This document shows, piece by piece, positions 1 through 13,262 of a stretch of DNA of 64,000 nucleotides. The stretch comes from Octopus vulgaris (Eukaryota). The notes under the pieces are model-generated. The model was given only the letters and a program-made list of their open reading frames with translations, was not told where the DNA came from and ran no database searches. A program made the position numbers and the translations under genes. Every line of letters starts with the position of its first letter. Position 1 is the stretch's first letter. The stretch covers positions 42,594,001-42,658,000 of the forward strand of contig OX597828.1 in assembly GCA_951406725.2 (NCBI GenBank), given 5' to 3'.

Positions 1-718
1 GAAAACATTCACCTCCCTCAATGTGCGCCCATCACTGCAAGCTGTGAAGCCCTGTCGCATATGACCCTTACTGCCACCCCAGTAAGCATTTCGGGTATAA
101 CCGATCTCATCACACTTTTACAATATTTCAATATATTTCCCCGGCACTTCCCCCCTCCCCTCTTGCGTATGAATGTGTGTGTTATGGAACATGGGATGTA
201 GAGGGAGGGAGGGAGGGAGGGTGGTAGAGGGGAGAGAGGGGGGGAGAAGGGGGTTGGTTTGAGGAAGAGGTGTTTTAGGATTGTAGGAGGTGGAGAGATA
301 AGAGCGAAACCAAAGGAAGAAATAATGGTAGAAATAGAAAGGAGAGAGAAAGAAAGAGAGAGGAAGGAGAGAAAGAAAGAAGGGAGAAAGAGAGAGGAGG
401 AGAGAGAGTGTGTGTGTGAGGGCGAGAGAGATTGTGTGTGAGAAGGTGAGAGAGTGTGTGTGTGAGGGGGAGAGAGAGTGTGTGTGTGTGAGGGAGAGAG
501 TATGTGTGTGAGGGGGAGAGGGAGTGTGTGTGAGGGGGAGAGAGGATGTTTGGTTTTTGGAGGATAAGTTTTAGGGTGGCGTTGAATAAGTTGATGTGAG
601 TGGGGGACGAGTGTGAGAAAAGAAATAGGGACTGAAAGGAGAGAGGGAGAGAGAGAGAGAAAAAAGGCGTGAGATAGTTCCAATCAAATCTCAGGGAATA
701 AGAGAGAGAGAGAGAGAA

Positions 719-757
<39 letters not shown>

Positions 758-809
758 AAAGACACACAAGAAAGATTGATACCTTTTAATAGTACATTTT
801 TTCTAATAA

Positions 810-925
810 TAAAACATACACATACTCACACACTCACAACTCACACACTCACAACTCACACACACACACATATATATACTCATGTGTATATATATATGTG
901 TGAATGTGTAAATATATAAATATAC

Positions 926-1000
<75 letters not shown>

Positions 1001-1023
1001 TGTATGTATGTTTGTATGCATGC

Positions 1024-1057
<34 letters not shown>

Positions 1058-1076
1058 GCATACATACAAACATACA

Positions 1077-1112
<36 letters not shown>

Positions 1113-1136
1113 TATACATATATACATACATATATA

Positions 1137-1172
<36 letters not shown>

Positions 1173-1291
1173 TGTATGTATGTATGTGTATATGCGCGTC
1201 TGTGTATAACTATATAAGTATATATGTTTACATATGTATATATTCATATATTTGTGTGTATACGTATTTGTATGTGTATGTGTGTGTATAG

Positions 1292-1352
<61 letters not shown>
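810..1352. repeat. Compound microsatellite (CA/TA/TATG/GA)
   Basis: Seen directly. Confidence 0.95.
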
Positions 1353-1355
<3 letters not shown>

Positions 1356-1589
1356 TGATGGACATTTCGATATTCGACAGACTACACGAAAGAAAATAAA
1401 TAAATGAATAAATAAATAAATAAATAAATAAAGGAAAATAACAAAAGAATAAAGCGTAAGAGAGAAAGAGAAAAATTAAGAAAAGAAAAGCAGATGGTTT
1501 GACAGAGAGGGAAAAGAAAGAACGAGAGCAAGATTCGATTGAGAGAAGAATCGAAAAAAAAAAAAATGAAAAAAAAAAAAAAATGAATA

Positions 1590-1757
1590 AGGCGCAGGAG
1601 TGGCTGTGTGGAAAGTAGCTTGCTAACCAACCACATGGTTCCGGGTTCAGTCCCACTGCGTGGCACCTTGGGCAAGTGTCTTCTGCTATAGCCCCGGGCC
1701 GACCAATGCCTTGTGAGTGGATTTGGTAGACGGAAACTGAAAGAAGCCTGTCGTATA

Positions 1758-1827
<70 letters not shown>

Positions 1828-2051
1828 TGTGTGTTTGTTTGTGTGTCTGTGTTTGTCCCCCTAGAATTGCTTGACAACCGATGCTGGTGTGTTTATGTCT
1901 CCGTAACTTAGCGGTTCGGCAAAAGAGACCGATAGAATAAGTACTGGGCTTACAAAAAAAAAAAAAAAAACCAATAAGTCCCGGGGTCGAGTTGCTCGAT
2001 TAAAGACGGTGTTCCAGCATGGCCGCAGTCAAATGACTGAAACAAGTAAAA
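1590..2051 (+). mobile_element. SINE A (tRNA head, CORE-like segment, internal (TA)n(TG)n, LINE-type tail)
   Basis: A box TGGCTGTGTGG, B-box-like GGTTCAGTCCC, CACCTTGGGCAAGTG, tail CAGTCAAATGACTGAAACAAGTAAAA. More than 20 copies in the window. Confidence 0.92.
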
Positions 2052-2419
2052 CAAAAAAAGGAATAAGGGAATAACGGAATGATTAGAATAAAAAAAAAAC
2101 GACCTAATAATTGTGGAGGTGAGAGTAACAGCGATGGCGGTGATAGTGGTGGTGAGGGCGGCATTGATGTAACCATTAAAACGGGTCTCGTCAGCTGGAG
2201 AGCCTGGATGCTAAACCACAAACATTACATCCATTTGAAAACATCGCCCTATTGAAAAAGTCAGGGTATTAAACACGCCAGCCACCCTCCTGAACACCAG
2301 ACTATTATAACCCCCAACCTATTGAACTAGGGAGAGGCTAGTCAATGCTCGAGGTGGTGGTGGTGATAGTGGGGTCAAAATAAAGGAAATTGGGGAAGGT
2401 GTTAAATAATAATAGTTTC

Positions 2420-4177
2420 AAATTCTGGCACAAGGCCAGTATGTCTGGGGAGGGAGTAAGTCGATTACATCGACCTCAGTGCTTGACTGGCGCTTATTTT
2501 ATCGACGTTCCCCACCACCACCACCACCAAAAAGAAAAAAAAAACAGAACGAAAGGCAAAGTCAACCTAGGTGGAATTTGAACTCAGAACGTAAAGACAG
2601 ACGAAATACAGTTAAGCATTTTGCCCGGTGTGCTAATGATTCTGCCAGTTCGGAATCATGACGGCGTTTAACAATAATGAAGTGCACTGCTCTCAGCGAT
2701 TTTACTGTATTATTTCGTACTGTCTGTTCCGACTTCCAAATATCTTGGGCCCTGGAATCAACAACGGAAATCTAAATCTTTCTCTCACACACACACAAAT
2801 TATTCTTTTCTACTCTAGGCTCAAGGCCCGAAATTTTTTGGGAAGGGACCAGTCAATTTGATCGACATCAATGTGCAAATGGTACTTAATTTATCGACTC
2901 CGAAACGATGAAAGGCAAAGTCGATCTCGGCGGAATTTGAACTCAGAATGTAAAGACAGATGAAATACCTATTTCTTTACTACCCACAAGGGGCTAAACA
3001 CAGAGGGGACAAACAAGGACAGACATATGTATTAAGTCGATTACATCGACCCCAGTGCGTAACTGGTACTTAATTTATCGACCCCGAAAGGATGAAAGGC
3101 AAAGTCGACCTCGGCGGAATTTGAACTCACAACGTAACGACAGACGAAATACGGCTACGCATTTCGCCCGGCGTGCTAACGTTTCTGCCAGCTCGCCGCC
3201 TTACCACACAGAAAAAACTATTACAAGCTATTATTATTATTAAAGATTATAAAAGCGGTTACCTGGCAGAATTGTTAGCGCGTTGGACGAACTGCTTAAC
3301 GGTATTTCGCCCGTCGCTACGTTCTGATTTCAAATTCCGCCGAGGTTGTCTTTGCCTTTCATCCTTTCGAGGTCGATAAATTAAATACCAGTAAAGCATT
3401 GGGGTCGAACTAATCGACTAGTCCCCCTCCCCACGGTTTCAAATTTTGACACAAGGTCAGCGATTTCGTGGGAGGAGTTAAGCCGATTCCATCGACCTGG
3501 GATCAACTGGCACTTTTTTTTTATCGACTCCGAAAGAATGAAAGACGAAGTCCACCTCGGGGGAGTTTTAAAGTCAGAACGTAAAGTCGGAAGAAATGCT
3601 GCTAAGCATTTTGTCCGGTCCTGTAACATTTCTTATTTCTTTAATGCCCACAAGGGGCTAAACATAGAGGGAACAATCAAGGACAGACAAAGGGATTATG
3701 ACGATTACATCGACCCCAGTGCGTAACTGGTACTTAATTTATCGACCCCCGACAGGTCCTGTTACCGTTTCTGCCAGCTCACTGCTATATAGAATGAAAT
3801 TATTAAAAAACATTATTTATTTCTCTATTGCCCACAGGAAACTAAACACAGAGGGGACAAACCAAAGGGATTAAATCGACACCGAAAGGATAAAAAGCAA
3901 AGTCGACCTCGGTGGAATTTGAACTCAGAACGTAACGGCAGACGAAATACCTGCTTCTTTATTACCCACAAGGGGCTAAACATAGAGTGGACAAACAAGG
4001 ACAGACAAACGGATAAGTCGATTGCATCGACCCCAGTGTGTGACTGGTACTTATCGACCCAGAAAGAATGAAAGGCAAATTCGACATCGGCGGAATTTGA
4101 ACTCAGAACGTAACGGCAGACGAAATACCGCTAAGCATTTCGCCCGGTGTGCTAACGGTTCTGCCAGCTCGCGCCAT
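2420..4177. mobile_element. Cluster of SINE B copies: 2420-2652 (-), 2800-3203 (-, composite), 3253-3460 (+), ~3445-3790 (-, nested), 3815-4177 (-, dimer)
   Basis: Repeated GGCGAGCTGGCAGAAACGTTAGC head, GAGTTCAAATTCC B box and GCCTTTCATCCTTTCGGGGTCGATAAATTAAGTACC core. Confidence 0.9.
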
Positions 4178-4269
4178 ATAGAATTAAATTATTTAAAAAA
4201 AACCCCAAAAAACTAAAAAATAAAAAAGTCGGGTGGCCAACCGGTAGAATCGTTACCGCAAAACAGTTT

Positions 4270-4615
4270 CACTCTCATCTTGAGGGTGTAGATCGCTTTA
4301 ATGTACCAAGGCATTTGGTCGGTGGTCAGAGTTAAGTGGTTAGCTTTTAGGACCGTTTCAAAATCAACAATTTCGTCCTTCCTCTCTTCTATACATATTG
4401 ACTGTTGAGCCACCACTGCAGAAACAAGAGTTGTTGAGGGGCATTCTGTTCGAACAGGGAGAACAGAAGAGACGTGTCGGCGGCATACGCGGACGATGTC
4501 ATTGAGATAATGTCGTGTACCACGGACATCACCGTGGTCGGCACCATTTAAGAAATACGGGAATTTGACAGGAACAAAAATTAACAAGTCCGATAACTCG
4601 ACAAGGCCATGCCAT
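4270..4615 (+). pseudogene. L1/Tx1-type reverse transcriptase relic
   Basis: SLLYILTVEPPLQK (~4384), SAAYADDV (4477-4500) and GTKINKS (~4571), with stops and frameshifts. Confidence 0.7.
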
Positions 4616-4714
4616 TAAGTAGCATCATGAAGGGAAACTATTTTTTTTTTCAAAAGTCGGACAGAAGTAGCAGATGTCTTTCTCACCATTCCCTTTATAT
4701 ATCATTCATCTCTG

Positions 4715-5146
<432 letters not shown>

Positions 5147-5629
5147 TATTTATCTTGTCTCTCTTGTCTGTCTGTCTACCTTATACGTCCGACTTAACTG
5201 TGTCTCTGACATCTTATTTAACTGTAAATTTGTCTAGATCTTTTTCTTTTTTTCTTTTTGTGTGTGTCAGTCACCTTCTATCTCTCTCTACATATCGATT
5301 AGTCAGTATTTATACATCTACACCGTTTGATACAGTTAAAGAGATAACAATAAGTAAGAAATTCATACGGAAATCAATGCAAGCTGCTGTCATTACAAGA
5401 AAATCTGTTGTAATTTCATGTAGAAGTAGGTGTGAGCAAGTAAAAATATAGGTTGCCTTTGCTGGAACTAGTGACACTTGTTATAGACCGGCGCAGTTGT
5501 TGAAGTAACATCGGGATCAGAGGTGACTTCCTCATTGATCTTATGTTTACGAATTAATATTATTTCTTTATACATAGCTTTATTATCGATTCGGATGCAC
5601 TATAAAGCTGAAAGTTATTTAACTTTCAT

Positions 5630-6049
5630 AGGCGCAGAAGTGGCTGTGTGGTTAAGTAGCTTGCTAACCAACCACATGGTTCCGGGTTCAGTCCCCACTG
5701 CGTGGCATCTTGGGGTGTAGTGTCTTCTGCTATAGCCCCCCCGGGCCGACCAATGCCTTGTGAGTGGATTTGGTAGACGGAAACTGAAACAAGCCTGTCG
5801 TATATATGTATATATGTGTATGTATGTATGTGTGTGTGTGTGTGTGTTTGTGTGTCTGTGTTTGTCCCCCTAGCATTGCTTGACAACCGATGCTGGTGTG
5901 TTTACGTCCCCGTCACTTAGCGGTTCGGCAAAAGAGACCGATAGAATAAGCACTGGGCTTACAAAGAATAAGTCCCGGGGTCGATTTGCTCGGCTAAAAG
6001 GCGGTGCTCCAGCATGGCCGCAGTCAAATGACTGAAACAAGTAAAAGAG
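5630..6049 (+). mobile_element. SINE A, full length
   Basis: Same structure as 1590-2051. Confidence 0.92.
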
Positions 6050-6216
6050 AAAAAAAGAAAGAGAGACCGTTGTATGCGTGTGTGTATACACACATACATA
6101 CATACATACACACACACAGGTACATACATACACACAGGTACATACATACACACACACACACACACTTTGTAATCAATTTATAAAATTGTTTTGGCAGTCT
6201 CTATTATTGCAACCGT

Positions 6217-6252
6217 CTGATGATCGGTCATGCGAAACTCCGGGTAAGAGTT
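6217..6252 (+). ncRNA. Degenerate hammerhead-like motif in a short repeat (~6165-6360)
   Basis: CTGATGA...GAAACTC-loop-GAGTT. Stems I and II are poor. Confidence 0.35.
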
Positions 6253-6371
6253 TGTGAAGTTTTTTAGGCTTTAATAAAATAGTATTTTACACTATCTTTG
6301 GTATCCGATCACTATTTTTCCATTTTGTTTTTACATCTGTGTGCTTACATGGATATGTGTGTACACACGCT

Positions 6372-6427
<56 letters not shown>

Positions 6428-6637
6428 AAAAAAGACATAAATAGGGGCTTATTATTCGGGCATGTTGACTTACGGCTGTTTCTGATATACATTATACATG
6501 TTTTCACAGTTCTCTTTACTCAATCGCTCAACTGATCAACGATGATAACATTTATTTTCAGGTTGTTTTAACTTTTTTTTTAGTCGATAAACCGAGCTAT
6601 TGAGTACATAGAACTGAAGGATGGAAGGAAGGAAGGA

Positions 6638-6963
6638 AGGAGCACTCCGTCGGTTGCGACGACGAGGGTCGTAGCTGATACGAACAACGGAACAGCTTGC
6701 TCGTCAAATTAATGTGAAAGTGACTGAGCAATCCACAGACACGTGTACCCCTAACCTAGTTCGCAGGAAGATTCAGCGTGACACAGAGTGTGACAAGGCC
6801 GGCCCTTCGAAATACAGGTACAACTCATTTTTGCCGGCTGAGTGGACTGGAGCAACGCGAAATAAAGTGCTTTGCTCAAGGACACAACGCGTCGCCGGGA
6901 ATTGAACTCATGACCGTTCGATCGTGAGCCGAATGCTCTAACCACTAAGCCACGTGCCTTCAC
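6638..6963 (-). mobile_element. SINE C (tRNA head, TTGTGTCCTTGAGCAA core, 3' module 1)
   Basis: A box TGGCTTAGTGG, B box GAGTTCAATTCC, tail CCGACGGAGTGCTCC. Confidence 0.88.
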
Positions 6964-7170
6964 ACAAAACTATGAACGCAGCTATAATACATAATCAGAA
7001 AGGGCTGTAAGTGAAAAATGTATGAATAAATAAACATGCAAAGCCTATCATTCTCTGCCTTTTTCTTGTAGGTTACTCTCGAAAAAAGACCAGTTTAACT
7101 GGGGAATGTGACCTTGGCTTTACTAAATCGACTGGTGATGGCCCAAAATCTCAGACTTTGCCTTGGGATA

Positions 7171-7535
7171 CTCTTTACTCTTTTACTCTTTTACATGTTT
7201 CAGTCATTTGACTGCAGCCATGCTGGAGCACCGCCTTTAGTCGAGCAAATCGACCCCGGGACTTATTATTTGTAAGCCCAGTACTTATTCTATCGGTCTC
7301 TTTTGCCGAACCGCTAAGTAACGGGGACGTAAACACACCAGCATCGGTTGTCAAGCAATGCCAGGGGGGACAAACACACAGACACACAAACACATACACA
7401 TACATACATATACATATATATACATATATACGACAGGCTTCTTTCAGTTTCCGTCTACCAAATCCACTCACATGGTCAGCCCGGAACCATGTGGTTGGTT
7501 AGCAAGCTACTTACCACACAGCCACTCCTGCGCCT
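7171..7535 (-). mobile_element. SINE A with an internal deletion
   Basis: Reverse-complement match lacking part of the 5' half near 7470. Confidence 0.9.
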
Positions 7536-8016
7536 ACGAGTGTTCGGCTGCCGTGGATCTCTTTAATAATCTGAAAATATTTTGTTATCCCGGTTTATTT
7601 GTATCAACAGCGAACTTGTGAAGTATTTTCCCCGGGAGTAACAATCCCTCATTAATAACTGACGCGTACACACACACATACACACACGCACACACACACA
7701 CACACACACACATTGTATGCTCACAGTCCTGTTTGTTTTCTTCTCTGTCCCTCGTACGTCCACTAACTGTATCGTTTGGAATTACACTTATTCCACGTTT
7801 GCATCACATTCTTGACTGTACATTTTCTGTCTTGTTTCTGGTTTTGTCTGGCAATTCCCGGAGGCGTGTGCCGTCGGCGCCGCCAGAGGGGATTTGGTAC
7901 TATTTGGTTAGGCGCGAAATTGCGATTGACCCACAGGCCCGATAACTGATGAGGAGTTGGCGTCCATTTATGTCTGTTCCCGTTTACTTGTGCATCTGCT
8001 ATATGTTTCTAAACTC

Positions 8017-8085
<69 letters not shown>

Positions 8086-8234
8086 TCACACTCATGATGA
8101 GGTTCGGCAAAGTTATTTCGTCAACCAAATTCACTCACAAGGCAGTAGTAGATGGCACTTGCCAATGGTGTCACACAGCGGGCATGAATCCGAAGCCACA
8201 TAATTTCAAAGGGAACTTCTTAACTACACAGTCA

Positions 8235-8361
8235 TGGCTGTGTGGATAGTAGTTTGCTTTACAACCACATGGTTCCGGGTTCAGTCCTACTGCGTGGTGA
8301 TTTGGGCAAGTGTCTTCTGCTATAGCCTCAGGCTGACCAAAGATACTGAAAGAAGCCCGTC

Positions 8362-8399
<38 letters not shown>

Positions 8400-8601
8400 G
8401 TGTGTGTGTGTTTTTTTGTCCCACCACCATTGCTTGAGAACCGATGTCGGTGTGTTTACGTCATTGTAACTTAGCAGATCGGCAAAACACACCGATAAAA
8501 TAAGTACTAGGCTCACAAAGAATAATTCCTGGGACGATTTGTTCGACTAAAAGGGTGGTGCTACAGCTTGGCCTCAATCAAATGACTGACACAAGTAAAA
8601 G
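8235..8601 (+). mobile_element. SINE A, diverged
   Basis: Head, internal (TA)n and tail are recognisable. Confidence 0.85.
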
Positions 8602-8823
8602 AACATACATACATACATAGATAAATACGCACATACATACTTACACACTTATTTACATACATACACACAGAAACAAACATATTTACATTCATAAAATCAT
8701 ACATAGCCACACAGTCATACACATACACACATACATACATACATACATACATACATACATACACGCATACATACATACATACATACATACATACATACAC
8801 GCATACATACATACATACATACA

Positions 8824-8857
<34 letters not shown>

Positions 8858-9946
8858 CATACACACATACATACATACATACATACATACATACATACAT
8901 ACATACATACATAATACATATATACAGACACGCACACACACGCATATTATACGCATATTTATCTGTATGTTCATGTATCTATATATATATATATATATAT
9001 ATATATCTTTCTTTCTATCTATCTATATATCTATCTATCTATCTATCTATCCATCTACCTATCTATTTTTATGCATATCTATCTATCTCTATGTGCACGT
9101 ATGTATATATGCGTGCGTGTGTGAGCGCGCGCGTATGAGTTTGTGTGTGTGTGCGTGTGCGTGTGTGCGTGTGCGTGCGTGCGTACGTGTGTACGCAATG
9201 TGAGCGCACGTATACACGCCCAAACATTTCGTACATTCACCAGCTGACGCTGCGCGCGAGACGGTTTCGCCATTGTCCATCAGCATCAACCGGCCATAAG
9301 CACCCACAGCAGACCACCACCAGAACCTCCCCACCTCTACACCACCTCATGCCCTCTCTCTCACACACACACACACCACCACCACCACCACCACCACCAC
9401 CTCCACCAGTAACACTAGCACCAGACTGAAAACATGTACGTTTTTTCTTCCTTGTTTCTGTTTGTTGTTACCATTCTGCAGGAATATTTCTTTGTCCTTT
9501 TCAAATTATTAATTTCCTCGTTCGAAAAACAACAACAACAACAACAAGAACAAGAACAACACCAACAAAAAACTAGTAAACTATTAAATAAAGAATAAAA
9601 GAGGCTATTAGTGCGGTCATTCGAAAAAATAAATTCCCAGCACTCTGCTATTATCTTCTTTACATACAAACATTATCAAACAAAACCACTATTAGCAACC
9701 CATTATTACAATTTTTCTTCACTTTTGACGTTCTTCATCTGTGCTTCTATTTCTTTCTTTCTTTATTTTATATTTCTTTATTCTCTGGTCGCACTTTGCA
9801 ACCGTTTCGGTTCGAGACAGATTTCCTGATTCTGTTCCTGATTCTGTGTTTGCTTTTCGGTTTTTCAGTTCGGTGATAAAACTGCTAAGAAAAAAAGAAA
9901 AAAAAAGAAAAAAAAAAGAAAAAAGAAAAAAAGAAAAAGAAACCAC

Positions 9947-10122
9947 AGCAGGAGTGGCTGTGTGGTAAGTAGCTCGCTTACCAACCACATGGATCTGGGT
10001 TCAGTCCCACTGCGTGGCACCTTGGACAACTGTCTTCTACTATAGCCTCGGGCCGACCAAAGCCTTGTGAGTGGATTTGGTAGATGGAAACTGAAAGAAG
10101 CTCGTCGTATATATATATATAT
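9947..10122 (+). mobile_element. SINE A, 5' half
   Basis: Ends at the internal (TA)n. Confidence 0.85.
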
Positions 10123-10539
10123 AACAACAATTAAGGAACGGCTATAATAGGCCGTTCGACCCACTAGAAATAGCAGCCAGGGCTCCAACCGCAAATAGTA
10201 GTAATTCCGAAATCAGAGGAAAAATTAAAAAAACATTTACCCTGTTCTTCTTTAGACAATGCATTGTTTCGGCGTTTTTTAATGGCAAACCAGCCTGATT
10301 AAATTAAATTAAACTTAATCAAGTCAATCTTCCAAAAGGCCAACGCGCTCATCAGTAAAGGAGCCAGAAGGGACAGAAATTACACGAGGCAGCTACCTTC
10401 ATGCCTCGGTAATATCTGACCTAAAATTTTTAAAATCATCGTACTCGCGCCAACTTATCGGCAGCAAATATAAACTGCCGATTCAATTTCGGAATTAATC
10501 AGAAAATTATCAATTAATCAATATTAGGGTAGCAAAATT

Positions 10540-11005
10540 TCGGGCCTTGCGCCTAGAGTAGAAAAGTATTATTATTATTATTATTGCTGTTGTTGTTGTT
10601 ATTAAGTCATCATTGTCTTCCCTCCTTTCGGGGTCGATAAAATAAGTACCAGCTAAGTACTGGGTTCGCTGTAATCGATTTGTCCCTCCTTTCAAAAACT
10701 GCTGGTCTTGTACCAAAAGCTTGAAGCCATTACTGTTATATGTAAGGCGGGTGTTCAGCGAGCTAGCAGAATCGGATTAAAATGTTTAAGCGGCCGAAAT
10801 CGACGTTTGTCTTTCACCCTTTCAAGATCGATGCATTAAATACTTGTCGATGTAATCTATTTATTCTTCGCCATAAAATTTCTGTCCCTATGCGGAAATT
10901 TAAAGCCATTATTAGTAAGGCGGTGAGCTAACAAAAACGTTGTTACGTCAGGTAACATGATTAGCATCAATTCTTTTGTCTTTGAGTACAAATTCCACCG
11001 TGGTC
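10540..11005. mobile_element. Degenerate SINE B fragments
   Basis: Core CCTTTCGGGGTCGATAAAATAAGTACC and AAGGCGG heads. Confidence 0.7.
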
Positions 11006-11480
11006 ACCGTCTTAACAGTAACAAAAGCGATAGACTTCTAAATATGAACAAATAAACAAAACGAAATATATATTGTCTATGCATATTGTATCCACTTATA
11101 GTGGATGGTGCTGTGATAATTTACCAATTCGCGTCAAATTTGTGTCGGGAGCTGATATTACTCGGGCCTGATATTGCATGCTTTTACGTTAACAATGGGT
11201 GAAGTTATGTTGTAGTAAGGGCGTGCACCTTAAAAAGTGTAAGTAAAAGGAGAGGAGTGGTAAATGTAAAAAAAAAAAAATGTTTGAGGAACTCAAATGT
11301 TTTCTCGGTGCATTTTTTATTGGCACAGCAGCACTCGTAAAGTTGTCTTGCATTCCGCAAGACAAAGTCTTCGCTACTTTGTATTGCCTGTACTAGTCCA
11401 GGGTAACTTGACTAACAGAACGAACAGAAGAAAGGGTGACAGAAAACGGCGAACAAGCGTTTGAGAAAAGAAAAACGAGA

Positions 11481-11511
<31 letters not shown>

Positions 11512-11527
11512 TATATACATATATATA

Positions 11528-11569
<42 letters not shown>

Positions 11570-11638
11570 TATATATATGTATATATATATATGTATATAT
11601 ATACACATATATATAAACATATATATATATATATATAC

Positions 11639-11724
<86 letters not shown>

Positions 11725-11904
11725 TATATATATATGTATATATATATATATATATATATGTATATGTATATATATATATATGTATGTGTATATATATATA
11801 TGTATGTATATATATATGTATGTATGTATATATATATATGTGTGTGTATGGGTGTGTGTGTGTATGAATGTATATATATATGTGTGTATATATATATATA
11901 TATA
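11481..11904. repeat. (TA)n-rich microsatellite
   Basis: Seen directly. Confidence 0.95.
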
Positions 11905-13186
11905 CTCTTTTACTCTTTTACTCTTTTACTTGTTTCAGCCATCCGGCTGAGGCCATGCTGGGGCACCGCCCTTGTTGCTACCCTCTCTAAGTCCAGTTTG
12001 CCGTGGCTGGCCACTGATCTAAGAGAGAGTTTGTAGCTGCTGCCCTTAGGTTACCTTCGTACCTTGCAGTGGGTTCATCTGGGATCCTGGAAAGCAGCTT
12101 GTCTAGATGTTTTTTGAAAATGTCCACATCCGCATCATGTAGATCTCTTAGTTTTCTTGGCAGTTTGTTGAAAAGCTGAGGGCCCCTGAACCCCAGGCTA
12201 TTACAGTATCTGCTCCTTACCCTGGATGTGGAAGACGGGACCTTTGGCACCACACAGTGACGTCCTGTACGGGGATTGGAACAGCTCTCAATTCCAAAAT
12301 TTGGTGCTAGTCCCTCCAGGATTTTCCATATGTATATCACTGCATATCTCTCTCGTCTTCGTTCCAAGGAGTACAAATTGAGTTCCCTAAGCCTCTCCCA
12401 ATAGTTCTTTTCTTTCATGGTGGAAATCCTCTTGGTGAAATGTCTTTGGATTGTCTCAAGCTCTGTGGTTAGTTTGACACTATGCGGTGACCACAGTTGG
12501 GAGCAGTAGTCCAGGCGGCTTAGGACAAATGTCCTCCATAGTGTCAACATGGTCTCGCAGTCTCTTGTCCGGAATGTCCTCAGGATCCAGCCAGTGAGTC
12601 GTCTGCACATTGTCGCCACCTTCGCGATGTGTGAAGAAAAAGATGCATCGTCACTCATGTCTATCCCCAGGTCCCGTATTGATTTCGATACTGGGATTTC
12701 GATCCCTCCTGGACCAGTATAGTTGTGTTGTAATGTATATGTGTTTACAGCTTGATATTGTAAGGCTTGAAATTTGCCAGCATTAAATTGCATGTTGTTG
12801 TCTTCAGCCCATTTGTATATGGCATCCAGATCTTGTTGTAAAAGGTCAGCATCAGCTGGGTTTTTGATTGCCTGTGCTACCTTTGTGTCATCAGCATAGC
12901 TAGTGAGGGATGTTGTTTGTGCTACCAAGGGCATGTCAGAGAGCGCCACCAAAAACAGCAAGGGTCCCAAGACTGTGCCCTGTGGCACCCCGCTTGCTAT
13001 TGGTGTCTTTCCCGAGAGGGCTCCATTGGCTGCAACCATCTGGCTTCTGTCCTTCAGGAAGTCATGTATCCACTCACCTACTTTTCCTGTTATGCCGAGT
13101 CTGAGTAATTTGTGACATATCACTCCGTGGTCGACTTTGTCAAAGGCCTTCGCAAAGTCGAGATATACCACATCCACCTGTGAGCG
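11905..13186 (-). mobile_element. 5'-truncated CR1/L2-type LINE with an intact 3' end, flanked by TA-rich microsatellites
   Basis: RT ORF, short 3' UTR with a stem-loop and a (TAAAAGAG)3 tail at 11905-11970. Truncated at ~13186. Confidence 0.92.
11987..13186 (-). CDS. LINE ORF2 reverse transcriptase, C-terminal ~400 aa (fragment)
   Basis: Motifs [57 protein letters not shown] and [10 protein letters not shown], with no internal stops. The listed N-terminal MCMCVC... extension is microsatellite. Confidence 0.92.
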   Translation of the reverse strand, partial: RSQVDVVYLDFAKAFDKVDHGVICHKLLRLGITGKVGEWIHDFLKDRSQMVAANGALSGKTPIASGVPQGTVLGPLLFLVALSDMPLVAQTTSLTSYADDTKVAQAIKNPADADLLQQDLDAIYKWAEDNNMQFNAGKFQALQYQAVNTYTLQHNYTGPGGIEIPVSKSIRDLGIDMSDDASFSSHIAKVATMCRRLTGWILRTFRTRDCETMLTLWRTFVLSRLDYCSQLWSPHSVKLTTELETIQRHFTKRISTMKEKNYWERLRELNLYSLERRRERYAVIYIWKILEGLAPNFGIESCSNPRTGRHCVVPKVPSSTSRVRSRYCNSLGFRGPQLFNKLPRKLRDLHDADVDIFKKHLDKLLSRIPDEPTARYEGNLRAAATNSLLDQWPATANWT

Positions 13187-13227
13187 ATACATATATGTAT
13201 ATATATGTATGTATATATATACGTATG

Positions 13228-13262
<35 letters not shown>

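Noticed and set aside
1590-1670. tRNA genes at the SINE heads
   Set aside because: A and B boxes are present, but I see no complete cloverleaf and each head continues into a SINE body.
2170-2195. Reverse-strand CTGACGAGACC...GGTT hammerhead-like start
   Set aside because: No GAAA or stem III follows.
3055-3243. Recurrent ORFs such as MRNWYL...KDERQSRPRRNLNS and ...GLNPEPCGW
   Set aside because: They recur only because they lie within SINE B and SINE A copies.
7944-7965. CTGATGAGGAG motif
   Set aside because: There is no downstream stem II closure or GAAA.
10330-10425. Possible - strand exon after a TTTTAG acceptor
   Set aside because: All three frames stop within ~25 codons and there is no recognisable product.
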